A DNA stretch of 50,762 nt from a virus. Lineage: Duplodnaviria > Caudoviricetes. Below, in pieces: positions 45,103 through 50,762 of the stretch. Every line of letters starts with the position of its first letter. The first letter of the stretch is position 1. The stretch spans positions 1-50,762 of IMG/VR virus record IMGVR_UViG_3300023104_000006; one strand, written 5' to 3'. The translations under genes were made by a program, and so were the position numbers. The notes under the pieces were generated by a model, which saw only the letters and a list, made by a program, of their open reading frames with translations, ran no database searches and was not told the origin of the DNA.

Positions 45103-46095
45103 ATGCCAATCAAAAACATAATGGATTATCTCCCCGAAATTGAAAAACTACGAAACGAGGGATTAACCAGGGGATTTAACACCGGCTTTAAATGCTTAGA
45201 TGAACTTTACAGCATAAAATTAGGATCGTACACTACTGTATTAGCAGAGCCAGGTCACGGAAAGTCAGAATTTATACTGGAGGTATGTTTAAATCAGGCA
45301 ATTAAATTCAATCACGTCAGCCTTATTTGCTCACCTGAAACAGGCAATCCAGAGCAGATAGTTGCTGAGTTGATACATAAGTACACAGGTAAAAGCATGT
45401 TACTTTCTGACTACAACCCAATACCGGAAAAAGAGTTTTATATAGCACTGGAATGGCTTAACCAGTTCTTTGTAATACCGACCGACACAAAAGGTTATTC
45501 GATTGAAGAATTATTCCAGTATGCCGATGATTGGCAAAAGGAAAATGAGAGAAAAATACATATCATAGTTGGTGAGCCTTACAACGAATTAGAACATGAT
45601 ATGCGTAAATTCGGAACACGTCAAGATCTTTATATTGAGTGGTTATACTCATGGTTTAGACGTGAATGCCGTAGAACTAATCGCCACTTCTTTTTAAGCA
45701 TACACCCTACAAGCCAGCAAGCAATAACTGAAAAGGGGTTTACTTACTACCCTAAACCATTACCTAGGCAAGCGGCAGGTGGTCAAGCAGCATTTCGTAA
45801 ATCAATGACATGGATTACCCTTTGGAGGCCACCTTCACAATTAGCTGATAGTTCGGGTTGGCAGTATAGAGAAAACGAATTGCACGTGTTCATTGATAAA
45901 GCTAAACCTAAAGGCGTTTCATTTAAGGGCATGTGTAAATTATATTTTGACTGGAAGCGTAACAGGTACTATGAAGAAATAGACGGTAAGCCCTTTTACG
46001 GATTTGAACACGAAAGTTTAAATATACCTCCTGAAACAAAAGATTTTACTATGCCTTTAAGCAGCAATTTTGACGATGAAGAACCTCCTTTTTAA
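45103..46095 (+). CDS. DnaB/SF4-like replicative helicase
   Basis: TGFKCLDEL and Walker A AEPGHGKS; acidic PF tail. Confidence 0.8.
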   Translation: MPIKNIMDYLPEIEKLRNEGLTRGFNTGFKCLDELYSIKLGSYTTVLAEPGHGKSEFILEVCLNQAIKFNHVSLICSPETGNPEQIVAELIHKYTGKSMLLSDYNPIPEKEFYIALEWLNQFFVIPTDTKGYSIEELFQYADDWQKENERKIHIIVGEPYNELEHDMRKFGTRQDLYIEWLYSWFRRECRRTNRHFFLSIHPTSQQAITEKGFTYYPKPLPRQAAGGQAAFRKSMTWITLWRPPSQLADSSGWQYRENELHVFIDKAKPKGVSFKGMCKLYFDWKRNRYYEEIDGKPFYGFEHESLNIPPETKDFTMPLSSNFDDEEPPF

Positions 46096-46561
46096 TAACA
46101 ACGAACCCAAATACAGCCCATCACTGATTTTGCCGTTACCTGGTAAAGATGAGCGATTAGAAACTGTTAGCCAATTATCATTATACAACGGCTTGCAAGG
46201 TGAACCGGATAAAGACTTGGTTAATCATTACAAAACTGTATCTGAAATATACGCCCTTAACTTTGACAACACTGTTGAATCAACAGAGGCACTTATAAAC
46301 TCAGACGGTGCTATTGCTGAAATGTACATGGACGTTATTAAGCATGAACAGGATAAAGGCGAAAGCCCAAGATCTAAGCAACAGAAAGGACGGTTAGTAA
46401 TTATACAGAGATCAATTGAATTGCTCCGTAAATACTTTAATAAGTTTGAACAGGCAAAGCACATGTTAAAATTAAGTATCGATGAGCGTACCCGGATGTT
46501 AGTTTATATCAAAGAATTGAAAGAAGAAAACGAGAAACTTAAAAAACAGTTAAAATTTTAG
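46076..46561 (+). CDS. Hypothetical coiled-coil protein
   Basis: ORF overlapping the helicase end. Confidence 0.55.
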   Translation: MKNLLFNNNEPKYSPSLILPLPGKDERLETVSQLSLYNGLQGEPDKDLVNHYKTVSEIYALNFDNTVESTEALINSDGAIAEMYMDVIKHEQDKGESPRSKQQKGRLVIIQRSIELLRKYFNKFEQAKHMLKLSIDERTRMLVYIKELKEENEKLKKQLKF

Positions 46562-46600
46562 GCCTTGATTTAGCCGATTATTTATTAAGATAGAAAGATT

Positions 46601-46810
46601 ATGAAAGCGATAGATTACGTAAAAGAAAATTATCAGGATGCTGTATGCGAAAAGCATAGAACAAGTGGTCCGATGGGAAGCCGTCATTACTTTATTTACA
46701 CCACATTTAAACAGTCTGCAAAACAACTGATCGGAGATGGTGAAACAGAAAGTAAAGCATGGGTTGATGCCAAATTGAATATTTTAGAAAGCAAAGACAA
46801 TGAGCGTTAA
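46601..46810 (+). CDS. Hypothetical protein
   Basis: ORF with good start context. Confidence 0.55.
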   Translation: MKAIDYVKENYQDAVCEKHRTSGPMGSRHYFIYTTFKQSAKQLIGDGETESKAWVDAKLNILESKDNER

Positions 46811-47378
46811 GAATTACAAACCATCACTTTGCCATCGATCAGACATTAAAGATTTTATTGAAACCTGGCACTATTCCAAAAACGTCAATGGCCTTACGAT
46901 AGATTATTGTTTTCGGTTAGATGATGAAAACGGCAATTTGATTGGAGCGATGATCTACGGTAAAATAGCAATGGCTAATGTTTGGAAAAAATATACCGAA
47001 CAAGAATCCGAGTTAATAGAACTTAAAAGGTTGTGCTGCATAGACGATACACCTAAAAATACGGAGAGTTATTTTATTGGATGGACAATCAGGTATCTTA
47101 AAAAGATAAAGTCTATTAAAACGATTATAAGCTATGCTGACATGACATATAACCACGCTGGTACTATCTACAAAGCGTCAAATTTTAAACACTATGGCTT
47201 TACAGCTAAAGGTAGGGTGATTATGTATAACGATAAACGCTATCATGATAAGACTATCAGAACAAAATATAAAGGCGAATTAAAGCCTTTTGCCAGACAG
47301 ATAGCCGATGCCTTAATTGATGGATCTGCGAAATATGTAGAGACTAAAGGTAAACACGTTTATTTATATTCATTATGA
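46800..47378 (+). CDS. Mom-family (GNAT-fold) DNA adenine modification enzyme
   Basis: WHYS, ELKRLC, NTESYFI and ISYAD...HAGTIYKASNF. Confidence 0.8.
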   Translation: MSVKNYKPSLCHRSDIKDFIETWHYSKNVNGLTIDYCFRLDDENGNLIGAMIYGKIAMANVWKKYTEQESELIELKRLCCIDDTPKNTESYFIGWTIRYLKKIKSIKTIISYADMTYNHAGTIYKASNFKHYGFTAKGRVIMYNDKRYHDKTIRTKYKGELKPFARQIADALIDGSAKYVETKGKHVYLYSL

Positions 47379-47602
47379 AAAGTAGTAATAATTATTTAAT
47401 TGAAATCTGTAAGAGGTTTAAAATAGATAGGAGGTTAAAGCCTTTCTTTTACAATGGGGATTTGGTTTGTAATGATAAGTTTACCGGAATATGTACTGGC
47501 TGTGATGGGGTAGGATGCTCTGAATGTGGCTATAGAGGTAAACGAATTGTTTATTTTCCTAATCTACTCGTATCAAGAGAAGAAATAAATGCCACCCCGT
47601 AA
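47375..47602 (+). CDS. Small zinc-finger protein
   Basis: CTGCDGVGCSECGYRG. Confidence 0.55.
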   Translation: MKSSNNYLIEICKRFKIDRRLKPFFYNGDLVCNDKFTGICTGCDGVGCSECGYRGKRIVYFPNLLVSREEINATP

Positions 47603-47786
47603 GATCCACGCCAATGGAAATCTATTTGAAGACCAATTAGGCAAAACTAAATACAAAGCCAAACCCCGGGAATACATCCCACCCGAATGGCTAACCGAAT
47701 ACCTACGCAAACGGGATAAAGTAATTAACCTCTTACATGAGGGTTATACAGTTGAACAGATTAAAGTAATGATGAAAGTAAAATGA
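47589..47786 (+). CDS. Hypothetical protein
   Basis: Overlap-coupled ORF. Confidence 0.5.
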   Translation: MPPRKIHANGNLFEDQLGKTKYKAKPREYIPPEWLTEYLRKRDKVINLLHEGYTVEQIKVMMKVK

Positions 47787-48040
47787 TTAGTAGTAAAAAA
47801 ATAGCGGAACGGGCAATACAATGCTATCCCGACAATGAGAACGAAAAAAGCGCATACATACAAGGCGCATCAATGGTAAAAGCTACATGGTGTAAATTAC
47901 AAGAAGAAGATGTAAAGAAAATGGCTAAGTGGTTCCTTCAAGGTAGCGACTTTCAAAACTTTTCTGATTTCTTAGACGAACGAGATAGGATTGAGTGCTT
48001 AAAGGAATTTTATTATTATTTAAATTCAGACGCGCAATGA
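47783..48040 (+). CDS. Hypothetical protein
   Basis: ATGA-coupled ORF. Confidence 0.5.
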   Translation: MISSKKIAERAIQCYPDNENEKSAYIQGASMVKATWCKLQEEDVKKMAKWFLQGSDFQNFSDFLDERDRIECLKEFYYYLNSDAQ

Positions 48041-48606
48041 ATAATCTATCCAACAAACAACTATCCACCATCATGCCAGGCTACGCGCTGCCGGTTAAGA
48101 AACGTGCTAAACCCTCACGAAAGGAAGAACACATACAAACAGCCTTTTCTAAGTGGTTTAAAAGCCAATACAGAGATTTTCCATTTAAATGCGATGAAGT
48201 AGTACATAAAAGGTCTTTCGCCGCTCAGAACGTCTTAAAAAGCCAACAGTTTAAACCTGGCCATCCGGATATAAACATCCAGGTGATGCGTATGGGTTTT
48301 GGCGGGTTATATATCGAGCAAAAAAAATCATTCGAGGAACTATTCTACATAGAGAAAGAGCGATATGGTATGATGCGCCCTGGCAGTAATAACCACTTCA
48401 TTGACCAGGAAATTTACATGTGTCATTTGCGCGAACAAGGTTACTTTGCTACCTTTAGCACATCGTTAGAGCAGAGTATCTACTTCGCAGACAGATATAT
48501 TAAGGGGTTATTAATCGTGCCGCTTCCAGTTAAGTATGAGTATAACGCCAAGACCATGATGGAATATATGGGTTGTAAGCACTTTAAGCCGGTCGACTTA
48601 TTTTAA
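48037..48606 (+). CDS. VRR-NUC-like nuclease
   Basis: EEHIQ, PGHPDI, GLYIEQK and LREQGY. Confidence 0.7.
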   Translation: MNNLSNKQLSTIMPGYALPVKKRAKPSRKEEHIQTAFSKWFKSQYRDFPFKCDEVVHKRSFAAQNVLKSQQFKPGHPDINIQVMRMGFGGLYIEQKKSFEELFYIEKERYGMMRPGSNNHFIDQEIYMCHLREQGYFATFSTSLEQSIYFADRYIKGLLIVPLPVKYEYNAKTMMEYMGCKHFKPVDLF

Positions 48607-48636
48607 CACCACATCACACCAAATAACACAAACAAG

Positions 48637-48825
48637 ATGAAAAATTACTACGAACGGGCAATAGGAAGACGCGAAGCTATATACTATTGTCAACATAAAA
48701 CAGCATGGGGATCTGGCTATAAAAATGTATTGCCGGGTGGATTGACCGAAAAAATGCTAATCCAAATGAGATGGAAATTAGTTGGGTATTGTGTTTTACG
48801 TAAATTAAATTATGGATCAGTATAA
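48637..48825 (+). CDS. Hypothetical protein
   Basis: ORF with A-rich start. Confidence 0.45.
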   Translation: MKNYYERAIGRREAIYYCQHKTAWGSGYKNVLPGGLTEKMLIQMRWKLVGYCVLRKLNYGSV

Positions 48826-48983
48826 TCAAACCGGGTATCAATACAAAATAAATGAACCCGTAATTTTAAATGGAGTAGAAACTGTTATAAGTTATATTAT
48901 AAATGATGCTGTAGATGAAACATCTTATCTTATTGATGATTTCTGGTATAGCGAATCAGATTTTTCAAGAATAAAATCATAAC

Positions 48984-49340
48984 ATGAAGCCACTAAAAGT
49001 AAAAATGACAACAGAGGAACTAATAACCAAAGTAACCCAATGGGCTAACGATAGAAATATTATTGATGGATGCCCACCAATTAAGCAGGCTTATAAGACT
49101 CTGGAGGAATGTGGGGAGTTGATTGAGGCGGTAGCAACACAAAACGCATCAAGGGCTGTTACTGAAGCTTTACTATCTAAAGAGCAAATCAAAGACGCTA
49201 TAGGCGACATAACCGTTACCTTAATCATCCAATGCGGTATGCAAGGCGTTGACTTTATCGAATGCCTTGAGGGTGCTTACAATGAGATTAAGGATCGTAA
49301 AGGCAGGTTGGTTAACGGGCAGTTTCAGAAAGAGGGTTGA
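48984..49340 (+). CDS. MazG-like nucleotide pyrophosphohydrolase
   Basis: KTLEECGEL, DAIGD and AYNEIKDRKG. Confidence 0.85.
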   Translation: MKPLKVKMTTEELITKVTQWANDRNIIDGCPPIKQAYKTLEECGELIEAVATQNASRAVTEALLSKEQIKDAIGDITVTLIIQCGMQGVDFIECLEGAYNEIKDRKGRLVNGQFQKEG

Positions 49341-49341
49341 T

Positions 49342-49632
49342 ATGAAAAAAGAGAACGTTACAAAAGTTATTTTTACAGTCGGGATTATTCCGGTGCTATA
49401 TATTTTAAAGGACTTGGAAAAGAAAGAAAGATATGAAGATTGCGCTGTTATTAAGTCTGTAATAGACAACTTTAACTATTCTTACAATGAAACCATACCA
49501 ACTACCATAAACGGTTTAAACGTTGGTAAGTTTATCAATGGGAATGGGCTGAGGTATGATAGTTATAAGTCTTTACTGCCGGGGTATATAACCAAGGCTT
49601 GCCTATTGCTAGAGGTACCGGTCGTTGATTAA
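49342..49632 (+). CDS. Hypothetical protein
   Basis: ERYEDCAVIK UVR-like motif; start re-assigned. Confidence 0.5.
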   Translation: MKKENVTKVIFTVGIIPVLYILKDLEKKERYEDCAVIKSVIDNFNYSYNETIPTTINGLNVGKFINGNGLRYDSYKSLLPGYITKACLLLEVPVVD

Positions 49633-49684
49633 TAAATAAATTGTATATTTGAACTAAATTCGAAAATTACGATAAATTTACGGA

Positions 49685-49993
49685 ATGGCACTATTCGAAA
49701 AGGGCAACCCTGGTAAACCCAAAGGTGCCGTAACAAAATCAACAAAGTTAGTTAAAGAAGTGTTCGCAGAGGTTTTTGCGGCACTTCAAGATGGTGGACC
49801 TGCATCTTTAGAAAACTGGGCTAAAGAGCAACCCACTGAATTCTATAAACTCGCCAGCAAACTAATCCCGACACAAATCAGCGGCGACCCTGATCAACCA
49901 TTGGAGATAAAAACAGACCTTTCCAAGCTATCTACAGAGGAACTATCCGCGTTAGCTACGGCTGTGGTTAAGTTAAGACCCGATGCAGATTGA
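49685..49993 (+). CDS. terS: Terminase small subunit
   Basis: FEKGNPGKPKG, FYKLASKLIP and DLSKLSTEEL; overlaps TerL start; promoter box at 49644-49651. Confidence 0.75.
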   Translation: MALFEKGNPGKPKGAVTKSTKLVKEVFAEVFAALQDGGPASLENWAKEQPTEFYKLASKLIPTQISGDPDQPLEIKTDLSKLSTEELSALATAVVKLRPDAD

Positions 49994-50762
49994 TCTTAAC
50001 CGACTACCATCGCTATCATCTATCAAAGGTGAACTATGCAAGCGCAGGTTCTTCTACTTTGTGCAGGAGTTCTGGGAAATTATAATACCCGAAAGCGCGG
50101 TTTGGAACTGGCATATTGAGTATATATGTGACGAACTGCAAGAAATGGCATTTAGAATACGTGATAGGCAACCAAAGCTACACGACCTAATCATTAACGT
50201 GCCTCCTGGTAGCTCTAAAAGCTCTATTGTAACACAATTATTCCCTGCATGGTGTTGGACTATAGATCCGACAATACGTGCGCTTACAGGGTCTTATTCT
50301 GCGTCATTATCAACAGATCACGCCGTTAAGAGCCGGGACATCATTAAATCGGATAAATTTAGAGCGTATTTCCCTAACATTGCCATTAAACAAGATCAGG
50401 ATAATAAGACTTATTACAAAAACACTCACAACGGCGATAGATATTCAACTTCTGTAGGCGGTACGGTTACTGGTTTTCATGCTCACTTGATCGTTGTAGA
50501 TGACCCATTAAATCCAAAACAGGCGGCAAGTGAGGTTGAATTGACCAGCGCAAACCAATGGATGGATGTAACGCTATCTACTCGGAAGGTAGATAAGGCC
50601 GTTACGCCTACCATCCTGGTCATGCAGCGGCTGAGTGAGAATGACTGCACAGGTAATTGGTTAAGTAAAAAAGGCAAGTCAATAAAACACATCTGCCTAC
50701 CTGGTGAATTGAGCGATGGTGTGCGCCCGGTTGATTTAAAAGAGAAATATGTTGATGGTCTG
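49983..50762 (+). CDS. terL: Terminase large subunit, N-terminal ATPase part (absent from ORF track; runs off the end into position 12)
   Basis: NWHIEYICDELQ, IINVPPGSSKS (Walker A), LIVVDDPL (Walker B) and VMQRL. Confidence 0.92.
   Translation, partial: MQIDLNRLPSLSSIKGELCKRRFFYFVQEFWEIIIPESAVWNWHIEYICDELQEMAFRIRDRQPKLHDLIINVPPGSSKSSIVTQLFPAWCWTIDPTIRALTGSYSASLSTDHAVKSRDIIKSDKFRAYFPNIAIKQDQDNKTYYKNTHNGDRYSTSVGGTVTGFHAHLIVVDDPLNPKQAASEVELTSANQWMDVTLSTRKVDKAVTPTILVMQRLSENDCTGNWLSKKGKSIKHICLPGELSDGVRPVDLKEKYVDGL

Noticed and set aside
1-50762. Alternative genetic code (stop-codon reassignment)
   Set aside because: Core genes are full length under the standard code, TAG and TGA both act as stops at coupled gene junctions, and no suppressor tRNA is seen.

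Overview
The window is an essentially complete, circularly permuted ~50.75 kb genome of a tailed siphovirus-type phage with an HK97-type head. The last 11 nt repeat the first 11 nt, and the large terminase reads in frame across the junction. The host is most likely Bacteroidota: there are many TAnnTTTG -7 promoter boxes, A-rich starts without Shine-Dalgarno sites, and Bacteroidota-type signal peptides. Gene order: TerS/TerL; an HTH-WYL/SH3-structured RNA-HNH insert; portal; an inverted glycosyltransferase cassette; protease/capsid/neck; tail (two tube paralogs, frameshifted chaperone, 1244-aa tape measure); an inverted cassette with a tRNA-like RNA and a C5 methylase; fibre-like proteins (two with signal peptides); split lysis genes; divergent early arms; a recombination/replication module; an amino-methylase, a Mom-like gene and a MazG-like gene. 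No integrase was recognised. The most unusual signals are non-coding: a 149-nt tRNA-Leu-like RNA with a large insert in place of the anticodon loop, two candidate pseudoknotted ncRNAs, two kissing-loop leaders, a shared palindromic operator at fixed spacing, and many apparently leaderless promoters. All protein calls come from motif recognition by eye; no database searches were run.
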